Source of the DNA: an uncultured bacterium
GTDB lineage: Bacteria > Babelota > Babeliae > Babelales > Vermiphilaceae
Reading direction: 5' to 3'
Length of the DNA: 64,000 bases
Assembly (NCBI GenBank): GCA_963702025.1
Contig: OY969699.1
Span: 1,280,001-1,344,000, forward strand
Positions 52,502-60,989 of this stretch are shown here, piece after piece. Within the stretch, counting starts at the first letter, position 1, and every line of letters starts with the position of its first letter. A program made the translations under genes and the position numbers. Under the pieces are notes generated by a model. The model made no database searches. It was given only the letters and a program-made list of their open reading frames with translations, and was not told the origin of the DNA.

Positions 52502-52658
52502 TTTGAATATCCTTCGATACGCTTCGCTACTCAGGATGTGTGATTTCAAATTCTCTTAAATATTAAAATTTTTCATTTGTCATACAAAATAACTATTTCA
52601 AGCTGATAGCATTTAATTTGAATATCCTTCGATACGCTTCGCTACTCAGGATGTGTGA
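52502..52658. repeat. Two identical 42-bp family-1 repeats (52502-52543, 52617-52658) with a 73-bp spacer
   Basis: tttgaatatccttcgatacgcttcgctactcaggatgtgtga twice. Confidence 0.95.
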
Positions 52659-52661
52659 AGA

Positions 52662-53264
52662 TTAAAATGGTCTACGTTCAGATAATGCCTTATACACGGT
52701 AACTCTATCCATCGATTCTATGGCGGATCCTACCGGAATGCCACGCGCCAGACAAGAAATCTTAACGCCACTTTGCCGTAATTTGCTCGCGATAAACGAT
52801 GCTGTTGCCTCACCTTCTGGCGTCTGATTTGTTGCTAAAATAATTTCTGCAATCTGACTATTTTCAACGCGATGAATCAAGGGGATAATATTTAAATTTT
52901 CCGGGCCGATTCCTTCCAAGGGGCAAATTGCCCCACCAAGCACATGATAGACACCGGTATAACCGCCGGTTTTTTCTATCGCAATAAGCTCTTGCCATGT
53001 CTCTACCACGCAGACAAGCGATTGATCACGGCGCGTATTGGAGCACAACGAACAGGCGCGATCTTTTTCGCGCCATGAAAAGCAGGTGCCGCATTGGGTT
53101 ATATTTTGTTTTACTTCTTTAAGAGTTGCACAAAATTGATCAACCTTGTGTTCCTCAAGGTGCAAAAAATAGCTGGCGACTCGATAAATATTTTTTGAAG
53201 CCAGATAGGGCACTTGCTGCAAGGTTTTAAGAAGTCTGGTGAGCGAAGGGGTTTCTGGCAACAT
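52662..53264 (-). CDS. recR: Recombination protein RecR
   Basis: C4 zinc finger, YHVLGG, ILATN.TPEGEATA, LARGIP. Confidence 0.95.
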   Translation of the reverse strand: MLPETPSLTRLLKTLQQVPYLASKNIYRVASYFLHLEEHKVDQFCATLKEVKQNITQCGTCFSWREKDRACSLCSNTRRDQSLVCVVETWQELIAIEKTGGYTGVYHVLGGAICPLEGIGPENLNIIPLIHRVENSQIAEIILATNQTPEGEATASFIASKLRQSGVKISCLARGIPVGSAIESMDRVTVYKALSERRPF

Positions 53265-53267
53265 GAT

Positions 53268-54812
53268 TTATGCCCAGCCCATTTTTTGCTGAAAGAAATT
53301 CTGGATCACGCCCAACAAAACACCAATAAAAATATACAAACTTAATCCGGCAGAGAAATTGGCTGAAAAAGCACCGAAAATAAGCGCCATAGCAATCATG
53401 GTAAAACGCTGTTTTGGATCATTGGTCGGCGCCAAAAAGAGCATGCTGCCCCCGATAAGAACGGGCAAAATATAATAGGGATCGGTTGCTGATAAATCAG
53501 GGATCCATAAGAAGGGCGCCTTATATAACTCAATTGCACTGGAAAGCACTCGGCTCAATGCAAAGAAAATCGGCAATTGCAATAATTTGGGTAAACATCC
53601 ACCAACGCCCGGCATGCCATGCTTATTGATAAGCTCAGCTCGCTCACGCGCCAATGTATCCGGATCATTTTTATATCGCTGCTGAATATACGCCAGCTTC
53701 TTCTGCATATCGGTATATTTTTTCATACTCTTGGAGCCAATAAGGTTAAGCGGTAATAAAATCAAATTGATTACGAGCGTTAATATAACAATAGCCCAGC
53801 CATAGTTATGTAAAAAACGGTATAAATAGTTTAAGATCCAAAGAAGCGCACGTGAGATGGGAGCAAGTATTCCTGAATAATCAAGCGTCTGCTCCAACCG
53901 GGGATCAACACCAGTCATCACCGCTTCCTCTTTAGGACCAAAATAAAATGATACCGTCCACTGAGTTGGTGCAGTAATTGCCGCACTTTCTAAAATACTA
54001 ATTAAGCGTGTCTGCCCGACCAGCGAATAATAGGCACGTTGCGTAAAGTGTTGCGGATCAGCTACCATCGCGTGAATAAAATATCTATCATCGCTACCAA
54101 ACAATGTCGGCGCAAACCAGCCGGTGTTGGGGTCAACCTTTGCACGCGCTTTTTTAGCTACTGATCCTTTTTGGTTGTTATAAATAGCAGATACCACATC
54201 CCCTTTTACTGAAAGAGCCGGCGAACTAAAGAAAATGCGGACCTGCACAGGTTCTTTTTTAGGTGTAATGGTAACTGCCAGATCAATCTTAAATTGAGCA
54301 TGGTAGATAGTAAACGTTTTATCTATAATGGCATGCTCCGTCTGCCCGCGATAGGTTACGTGCGAAACTGATTCACCTTGATCATGATCAATGAGGGTAA
54401 AATTATAAGGAGTGTTTGTATCCAAGCCCACCAAGAAGCAATTATTTTCACGCGAAAGATCGTGCGGGGTTTCAATGGTTTTGAGCGAAATAAGCTCACC
54501 ATTCATATGCCTTTTGAAAATCAATTGCTCCAAGCAAGCCCCTTTATTAGAAAAAATATAGGTGGCAAATTCTGTTTCAATGCGCGTTTGAACAGCCGGC
54601 AATGAATCACTCTCCTCAGAATCATTAAAATTAACTTCTCGATTCAAGGGCTGAACCTCAAGCGGACTTTGGGGCGCAACAAAGGTTTGACCCGATTGCA
54701 CTTCTTCAGCCCCATTGCCCGGGTTTAAATAAGGCCTAATAATAAAATATTCAAGAGCAAAAAGAGTGAGGGAGGCAAGAGCAAACGGCAATAATAAATT
54801 CTTGAAATTCAT
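53268..54812 (-). CDS. yidC: Membrane protein insertase YidC
   Basis: NYGWAI, GGCLP.L.Q.PIF, FLWIPDLS..DPYYILP. Confidence 0.95.
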   Translation of the reverse strand: MNFKNLLLPFALASLTLFALEYFIIRPYLNPGNGAEEVQSGQTFVAPQSPLEVQPLNREVNFNDSEESDSLPAVQTRIETEFATYIFSNKGACLEQLIFKRHMNGELISLKTIETPHDLSRENNCFLVGLDTNTPYNFTLIDHDQGESVSHVTYRGQTEHAIIDKTFTIYHAQFKIDLAVTITPKKEPVQVRIFFSSPALSVKGDVVSAIYNNQKGSVAKKARAKVDPNTGWFAPTLFGSDDRYFIHAMVADPQHFTQRAYYSLVGQTRLISILESAAITAPTQWTVSFYFGPKEEAVMTGVDPRLEQTLDYSGILAPISRALLWILNYLYRFLHNYGWAIVILTLVINLILLPLNLIGSKSMKKYTDMQKKLAYIQQRYKNDPDTLARERAELINKHGMPGVGGCLPKLLQLPIFFALSRVLSSAIELYKAPFLWIPDLSATDPYYILPVLIGGSMLFLAPTNDPKQRFTMIAMALIFGAFSANFSAGLSLYIFIGVLLGVIQNFFQQKMGWA

Positions 54813-55009
54813 AGATACAAATCCTTGAGAAACAGCAAATGATCGGGATATTTACAAAACAAACCATCCTAATAGTAGCAAAAAAACTGTATGCTTACCA
54901 GGCGAACGCATAACTTTTTGCAAAAAAATAATGCTCTATTTTAACTATTTTGGTATACCTATATCTACTACCTTGCAAAATGAGAAAAGGTAATGAAAAG
55001 GAAAATTAC

Positions 55010-55405
55010 ATGAAAATGCAAAAAAGACAATTTAGAATCGGCCAACTTGCCAACTATTTAAAGGTTGAAAAATTCGTTATCAGATTTTGGGAAAAAGAAT
55101 TTGAAATGAAAAGCGCGCGCTCAACAGGCGGCCAACGATTTTATGACCAAAAAGATATTGAGCGGTTTAAAATAATTAAAGAACTGCTCTATCAAAAAGG
55201 TTTTACCATTGCGGGAGCAAAACAACAGCTCAAGGAACGCTCAAAGCGTAAGCAAGCATTGCTTGAAGAGGATTCAAAAATTTTAGGATCCCACAAAACA
55301 ACGCTCGAGCATACGGTGAACACGCCGCAACCAACGCGAGAAGAACTGGAGCAGCAGATTGTCGACTTACAGAAAAAATTATTAAAGTTACGGGAATTGC
55401 TGTAA
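55010..55405 (+). CDS. MerR-family HTH transcriptional regulator
   Basis: FRIGQLA...IRFWEKEF...GGQRFY...LLYQKGFTIAGAK; AAGGA SD before ATG 55010. Confidence 0.9.
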   Translation: MKMQKRQFRIGQLANYLKVEKFVIRFWEKEFEMKSARSTGGQRFYDQKDIERFKIIKELLYQKGFTIAGAKQQLKERSKRKQALLEEDSKILGSHKTTLEHTVNTPQPTREELEQQIVDLQKKLLKLRELL

Positions 55406-55573
55406 CCCTTCGTGACCCGTCTTCCGACTTCGCTAAAGCTACGTCGGGCAGGTCGCCAAGGCGGAGTTTATCCTGAGCTCACCGAAGGGCCGGGCACGCG
55501 CACAACGACCCGTTCGTGCTGAGCCCGTCGAAGCATCGTGGTGAGTGATTGCGAAGCAATTGTATCGAACCAT
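55406..55573. repeat. Composite (BIME-like) cluster of family-1 and family-2 hairpins
   Basis: Units at 55424-55447, 55466-55489, 55510-55537 and 55536-55573. Confidence 0.85.
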
Positions 55574-55593
55574 ATTGTAAAGATTGTTTAAGT

Positions 55594-56985
55594 ATGTACA
55601 ACAGCAAAGCACATATTCATTTTGTGGGAATCGGCGGCATCGGCATGAGCGGCATCGCACAGATCCTCAAAAACCAGGGATATACAATATCCGGTTGCGA
55701 CGCGGATATGGATCAACAAAGCATTAAAGATCTCAAAGCGGCCGGGTGCATTATTTTTGAAGGCAACAATAGCAATCATTGCCAAACTGCATGCCCAGAT
55801 ATTTTGGTCTACTCCTCGGCAATTCGTGCCCACAATCCCGAAATTGTTGCCGCGCAAGCGCGCGGCATTCCCACAATACCACGCGCCCTTATGCTCGCTG
55901 AGCTCATGCGCACCAAATTTAGCATTGCTATCAGCGGTGCTCATGGCAAAACGACCACTACATCATTGATTTCTCATATTTTACTGGAGGCCCATCGGGA
56001 TCCAACCGTGGTTATTGGCGGGCATCTGAAAAATATTGAAGCAAACGCGCGCCTTGGCAATGGTGATTTTTTAGTTGCTGAAGCTGATGAAAGCGATCGT
56101 TCGCTCCAAAATCTTCATCCGACTCTTGCCGTTGTCACCAATATTGATTTGGAACATTTAGAAACGTATAAAGATTTGGACGATATTAAAGAAACATTCA
56201 AGCGATTTTTGAATAATATTCCCTTTTACGGGAAAGCATTCGTATGCCTCGATGATGCCAATATTCGTTCCATTATTCCCTCACTGCCCCATATTAAATT
56301 AATAAAATACGGATTTGACGAAATTGCTGACCTTTATGCTACTAACGTTGCTCTCCATGCCGATTACACCACTTTTACGATTCATAAAAAAGATATTCAA
56401 GAGCCACTCGGCACCATTCATAGTTTTTTACTGGGCAGGCACAATGTTTTAAATTCGTTGGCAGCAATAGCGGTTGCTTTAGATGTTGGCATTCCCTTTG
56501 AGACAATTTCCCGTGCAATAACCAGCTTTAAAGGTATTGAGCGAAGATTTTGTTACAAAGGCACTTTTCAAGGCGCTGAAATTTTTGACGACTACGGCCA
56601 TCACCCACAAGAAATTTATAATACACTCTTGGTTGCCAAAAAAAGATCAAAAAGGAAACTCATCGTGGTTTTTCAACCGCACCGATACACAAGAACAGAT
56701 AAGTTATGGCATGATTTTATTAAAATATTTATTGAAAGCGCCATTGATCATTTAATCGTGACCGATATTTATCCGGCAAGCGAAGCGCCCATTCTCAATG
56801 TTACCAGCCCAAATTTAGTAAGTGCCATGCAAGAACAAAATCCGGCATTTACCATTACCTATGCCCCGTATGAAAAAGATTTTGTGGCGATCAAAGAATC
56901 ACTCAAATCTATTGCGCATGAAGATGATTTGGTTCTCTTGCTGGGCGCGGGTAAAGTAAACAAATTGGTCGATTATCTAACCTAA
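55594..56985 (+). CDS. murC: UDP-N-acetylmuramate-L-alanine ligase
   Basis: HFVGIGGIGMSGIA, GAHGKTTT, EADESD, DDYGHHP, FQPHRY. Confidence 0.97.
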   Translation: MYNSKAHIHFVGIGGIGMSGIAQILKNQGYTISGCDADMDQQSIKDLKAAGCIIFEGNNSNHCQTACPDILVYSSAIRAHNPEIVAAQARGIPTIPRALMLAELMRTKFSIAISGAHGKTTTTSLISHILLEAHRDPTVVIGGHLKNIEANARLGNGDFLVAEADESDRSLQNLHPTLAVVTNIDLEHLETYKDLDDIKETFKRFLNNIPFYGKAFVCLDDANIRSIIPSLPHIKLIKYGFDEIADLYATNVALHADYTTFTIHKKDIQEPLGTIHSFLLGRHNVLNSLAAIAVALDVGIPFETISRAITSFKGIERRFCYKGTFQGAEIFDDYGHHPQEIYNTLLVAKKRSKRKLIVVFQPHRYTRTDKLWHDFIKIFIESAIDHLIVTDIYPASEAPILNVTSPNLVSAMQEQNPAFTITYAPYEKDFVAIKESLKSIAHEDDLVLLLGAGKVNKLVDYLT

Positions 56986-57405
56986 CGCTACAATGAAGTC
57001 AGGATTTTTTTCTAAAACACGTCCGAATGCTTGGGAAATCACGTTCTGTTTTTCCTCCATACTCAACTGATCGTAATGAGAAAATTCTTTATCCGTTTGG
57101 GCTTCTTGTAAAGTTTCCTGTAAAATTGGGTAACTGTATTCGTTAAGTGATTCAACCGAAATGGTCCTTCCATCTGTTAAATTTTTTATTTTCTCAGCGA
57201 ATGATTTAAACTCCGGCGATTCAAGATCTCTCTGCGCAGAAGCCTCCAGGAGTTCCCCATGTTTTTTTATAACAGCATCAAGTTCATGAATGAGCTTTCT
57301 CGATTGTGGCTTTAACTGATTAAGCCAACTCTGCTCAATTGGTTTTTCCATAGCAGAAATAGTCGCAACACCAAATATTAAAAGCAGTAATAATCGTAAT
57401 TTCAT
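56977..57405 (-). CDS. Secreted hypothetical protein (signal peptide + AMEKP)
   Basis: MKLRLLLLLIFGVATISA-MEKP; helical acidic body. Confidence 0.65.
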   Translation of the reverse strand: MKLRLLLLLIFGVATISAMEKPIEQSWLNQLKPQSRKLIHELDAVIKKHGELLEASAQRDLESPEFKSFAEKIKNLTDGRTISVESLNEYSYPILQETLQEAQTDKEFSHYDQLSMEEKQNVISQAFGRVLEKNPDFIVALG

Positions 57406-57413
57406 TGACAACC

Positions 57414-58247
57414 TCACTCCAACTTAGTTTTCCCATTATATTGTTTAAGCAATTGAATTATTTGGTTCCCTTTTGCTGGATCCCGAATATTTTTGACCGC
57501 ATTAGCAACTTCAGTCTTTGCAATACCTTGATCCGCACCTGCCTCAAGAAGCATTTGAATTATAACTGGATTTTCTTCAAGAATGGCAATTACAAGGGGG
57601 ATAATTGAAGATCGAGAGCTCGTATAAGCATTCGGATCAGCCCCAAGCTCTAAAAGCTTATCTACCATTTCGACGTTATCATTTGCGATTGCTGCTCCCA
57701 GCGGAGATATATCTAAATCATCAAAAAGCTCAATGCTTGCACCAAGATTCACTAAAAAAGTAAAAAGCGTTACATTATTTTTTTGTATTGCAAGCAAAAA
57801 ATCTCTCTGCAGTTGTTTAAGAAATTTATCTTCATCCTGATCGTGAGATAGCGAAGCCGGAATTAAGCCCTTTTGATAATTCTGTTTATACCAATCTCGT
57901 GCGCCCGGGACATTTAAACGAGCCGCAACATCAATATAGGCATAATGCGCATCATCAGGGTCGATTGTTGTCCCAAATTTCTCATATAACTGTTCCATAA
58001 TATCGTCCGTTATTTGATCATCATCAAGCAAGTTACGAATTTGTATACTATCCGCACCTGCTTTATGTATTCCATTAATAGCTTCATCTAGGGTTACTGC
58101 ATTGGCAATAATATTTTTTATTATTGGACGCATAGTTAGTTGCTGAAGGCTTAATGGCTCGAATAACTTTAATCGTAAATTAGGGATTTCGGGCGCAAAA
58201 ATGGTTCCGAAGACAAATAGCGAAAGTCCTAACAATCGCAATTTCAT
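57414..58247 (-). CDS. Secreted ankyrin-repeat protein
   Basis: SPLGAAIANDNVEMVDKLLELGADPN, PLVIAI...MLLEAGAD; paralog of neighbour. Confidence 0.9.
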   Translation of the reverse strand: MKLRLLGLSLFVFGTIFAPEIPNLRLKLFEPLSLQQLTMRPIIKNIIANAVTLDEAINGIHKAGADSIQIRNLLDDDQITDDIMEQLYEKFGTTIDPDDAHYAYIDVAARLNVPGARDWYKQNYQKGLIPASLSHDQDEDKFLKQLQRDFLLAIQKNNVTLFTFLVNLGASIELFDDLDISPLGAAIANDNVEMVDKLLELGADPNAYTSSRSSIIPLVIAILEENPVIIQMLLEAGADQGIAKTEVANAVKNIRDPAKGNQIIQLLKQYNGKTKLE

Positions 58248-58258
58248 TATTCTTCTCC

Positions 58259-59101
58259 TTACTCCAACTTAGTTTTCTCGGTATATGGTTTAAGCAATTG
58301 AATTATTTTGTTTCTTGTTGCAGGATCCTGAATATCTTGTACGGCCTTGGCAACATTTACTGTTGGAGTTGCGATATTTTGATCAGCACCTGCCTCAAGA
58401 AGCATTCGAACTATGTCCGGATTTTCTTTATGTATTGCTGTTATAAGTGGAGTCGCCAAAAAGAATCCGGCATTTCCGTTAGGATCAGCCCCCATATCTA
58501 AAAGCTTTTTTACCACTTGAACGTTGTCACTCCTAATCGCTTCGCCCAATGGAGATATACTAAACCCAGCGAAAAGCTCAATGCTCGCTCCAAGATTTAA
58601 TAAAAAATTAAAGAATATGAGATTATTTGCTCTTATAGCAGCCAAAAATTCTTTATTTAACCATAGACGAAATCGTTCCTCAGTTTTTTCTTGGGGTTTC
58701 TCAAAGATTATGCCCTTATCATAATTCTGAGCATACCAATCTCGCGCACCTTGGGTATTTAAACGAGCAGCGATATCAATATAGGCATAATGCGTATCAT
58801 CTGGACTGATTTCGGCCCCAAATTTATCATATAACTGTTTCATAATATCATTCGTTATTTGCTCATTATCAAGTAAGTTAAGAATTTGAATATTATCTGT
58901 AGCTGCTTTATGTATTCCATTAATTGCTTGATTTAAAGTAGCCGCATTGGCAATAATATTTTTTATTATTGGGCGCATAGTTAGTTGCTGCAAACTTAAT
59001 GGCTGGAATTGTTTTACTTGCGCTTGCACAGGCGGTTTTTCCATCGCACCACTGGTTAAAACAGCTAAAAAAGTAATCATTACACATGCTTGGATCTTCA
59101 T
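58259..59101 (-). CDS. Secreted ankyrin-repeat protein (signal peptide + AMEKP)
   Basis: SPLGEAI...KLLDMGADPN, TPLITAIH...MLLEAGAD. Confidence 0.9.
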   Translation of the reverse strand: MKIQACVMITFLAVLTSGAMEKPPVQAQVKQFQPLSLQQLTMRPIIKNIIANAATLNQAINGIHKAATDNIQILNLLDNEQITNDIMKQLYDKFGAEISPDDTHYAYIDIAARLNTQGARDWYAQNYDKGIIFEKPQEKTEERFRLWLNKEFLAAIRANNLIFFNFLLNLGASIELFAGFSISPLGEAIRSDNVQVVKKLLDMGADPNGNAGFFLATPLITAIHKENPDIVRMLLEAGADQNIATPTVNVAKAVQDIQDPATRNKIIQLLKPYTEKTKLE

Positions 59102-59433
59102 TATTCTCCATAAAGCATTTTTGTTAGCTTTTGGATATATTCACCATATAACTGCTTTGCCCTTACAGTATATTCATCCGCGTTTATTTTACCTGTTACA
59201 AATTCTTGCAAAGCTTGTGCTTTTTTTTCTTGAAAATCACGAGTTCCTTCAGCCGAAACTTTTTCTTTTATATCTTCGGGAAGATTTTGAACTGACTGTC
59301 CTCTCTTCCATATTTCTTGTACGGTTATGTCAATCAGTGATTTGGGTTGTTGGGGTTGTTGGGTATGGCTACTTCCTACAAAACATAATGCGAAAATACT
59401 TAACACTTTTAACAAATTAATGGCTTTATTCAT
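59101..59433 (-). CDS. Secreted hypothetical protein with SOCS/BC-box-like segment
   Basis: GAGGAG SD; signal peptide; PKSLIDITVQEI...LPEDIK. Confidence 0.6.
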   Translation of the reverse strand: MNKAINLLKVLSIFALCFVGSSHTQQPQQPKSLIDITVQEIWKRGQSVQNLPEDIKEKVSAEGTRDFQEKKAQALQEFVTGKINADEYTVRAKQLYGEYIQKLTKMLYGE

Positions 59434-59562
59434 TATTCTTCTCCTCAATAGGGTTTATTTCTATTTCTCTCATATAATGGCATATTTTTATTACAATTTG
59501 CAATATTATTGATTATTTTATGAATAATTTGGTACGCTAATGGTATATAAGGGAGTTTTGCA

Positions 59563-59946
59563 ATGAAAAAACTATCTAAAATACTGACTTTTTTGCTGAT
59601 ACTCGTTTTGAGCAACGATTATATTTCGCTCCATGCGGATGAAGCTTCTGACATTTTAGGGCCAACTATTGGCGGGGCAGCCCTTGGTGGTATTTTTGGC
59701 GGCGGCCGCGGCGCAGCAATTGGCGCCGGGGTCGGGTTTGGCATTGGCGCACTCAATGCATCCCGTAATCGCGAACGGCAGTATTATTACCGTAATGAAC
59801 CGTATTATGATGATGATTATGATTATTATGATGATGACTATTATTATCAACCAGTAAGAAGAAGTTTTCGCACGCGCCGGTACAATCAACGCCGCGCCCA
59901 ACCGGCAACAAACCAATCGTCCGGCAAAATAATATACGTTAATTAA
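59563..59946 (+). CDS. Secreted glycine-zipper protein with Tyr/Asp tract
   Basis: GGAG SD; signal peptide; GGAALGGIFGGGRGAAIGAGVGFGIG; YYDDDYDYYDDDYYY. Confidence 0.75.
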   Translation: MKKLSKILTFLLILVLSNDYISLHADEASDILGPTIGGAALGGIFGGGRGAAIGAGVGFGIGALNASRNRERQYYYRNEPYYDDDYDYYDDDYYYQPVRRSFRTRRYNQRRAQPATNQSSGKIIYVN

Positions 59947-59952
59947 AAGATA

Positions 59953-60453
59953 TTACTCATCATCAGCGCTATTTTTTGGACTCACCAGCAGATGAACTAA
60001 ATGAGTATATTTACTCGTATAAGCATTTTCGAGTGATCGAACGGTAACAAGAGCAATTTTCTTTGGCTTTTCAAAAAGTAAGAATTTTTCATCAACATCA
60101 ACCATTGCAGCCTGGTGCCACCCCATGCACGCCATTTGCGTGCAATAAAAAGCGATAATCTCATCGGCCAAACAAATTGTTGCAAAAACAATCATTTGCT
60201 GATCATTGCGCAAACTTTGATGAGCGTGCTGTAGAATAACCGAACCTATCATGGTTGGCAAATCGGTTAAGGTTGCCTCAATACTCAGTTGCCGTTCTTG
60301 TGCTTGTTCGAGGGTTCCAATATCAATATTGGTTTCAATAGAAAAAGCTGCTTCATTGTGAGAAGCAGCTTTTTTATAATTTTTTGGTGCGCAACCGGAA
60401 ATGGCACCCAGGAGGGCCATTAGGCCGGCTAAAGACACCATGCGCGCGTACAT
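59953..60453 (-). CDS. Hypothetical lipoprotein
   Basis: Lipobox-like ISGC after a hydrophobic stretch; start inferred just after the rplS stop. Confidence 0.55.
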   Translation of the reverse strand: MYARMVSLAGLMALLGAISGCAPKNYKKAASHNEAAFSIETNIDIGTLEQAQERQLSIEATLTDLPTMIGSVILQHAHQSLRNDQQMIVFATICLADEIIAFYCTQMACMGWHQAAMVDVDEKFLLFEKPKKIALVTVRSLENAYTSKYTHLVHLLVSPKNSADDE

Positions 60454-60454
60454 T

Positions 60455-60850
60455 TTACGCAGCTGAAACGGTGTTATTTGCAGTGTGGCTTGCAATTTTT
60501 TCTTTTACACGTCCCGCTTTACCAACTCTATCACGCAAATAATAAAGCTTTGCACGGCAAACGTCACCACGTCTAATCACATTAATTGATTCAATCAATG
60601 GTGAATAAACGGGAAAGATTCTTTCTACCGGCACTGCATTGGCACCAATTTTACGAACGGTAAAGGTGCTTGAAATGCCATGATTGTTTTTGGCAATAAC
60701 ATCACCTTCAAACATTTGAATACGTTCTTTGTCGCCTTCCTTAATTTTTTGTGCAACAGCAATGGTGTCACCAATATTAAATGCCGGAAAACCGCGATCA
60801 ACTATACCAACATTGGCAAGCGTTTCTTTAGTAAGTTTTTTTGCTTTCAT
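60455..60850 (-). CDS. rplS: 50S ribosomal protein L19
   Basis: [34 protein letters not shown]. Confidence 0.98.
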   Translation of the reverse strand: MKAKKLTKETLANVGIVDRGFPAFNIGDTIAVAQKIKEGDKERIQMFEGDVIAKNNHGISSTFTVRKIGANAVPVERIFPVYSPLIESINVIRRGDVCRAKLYYLRDRVGKAGRVKEKIASHTANNTVSAA

Positions 60851-60955
60851 CGTAAACCTTTGGATGATTTTGTCCTGCGTGGAACACTAACACTGCTTTT
60901 TAGGGCACTTTAGCATAGCCAATAGGGATTGCTTAAATGGAAGAATTTAATTTTT

Positions 60956-60984
60956 ACTATAACAAAAAAAAAGAAATATGCCAA
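60956..60984 (-). promoter_or_regulatory. Putative internal sigma70 promoter of rplS
   Basis: Minus strand TTGGCA-N17-TATAGT with TGn extension. Confidence 0.5.
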
Positions 60985-60989
60985 TTCAA

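Noticed and set aside
52499..52549. ORF-track start of the GIY-YIG ORF at 52549
   Set aside because: The extension merely translates the repeat; family similarity begins at ATG 52498
52502..52658. Repeat-spacer-repeat next to a nuclease as a minimal CRISPR array
   Set aside because: Only two direct copies, a 73-bp AT-rich spacer, no cas genes, and the same repeat is dispersed and inverted elsewhere; it behaves like a REP
55439..55660. 73-aa minus ORF and the TTG-extended murC start at 55549
   Set aside because: Both derive from the stop-poor repeat cluster; MurC similarity starts near ATG 55594
59656..59916. Poly-Ile and poly-Met ORFs
   Set aside because: Alternative frames of the TAT/GAT triplet tract
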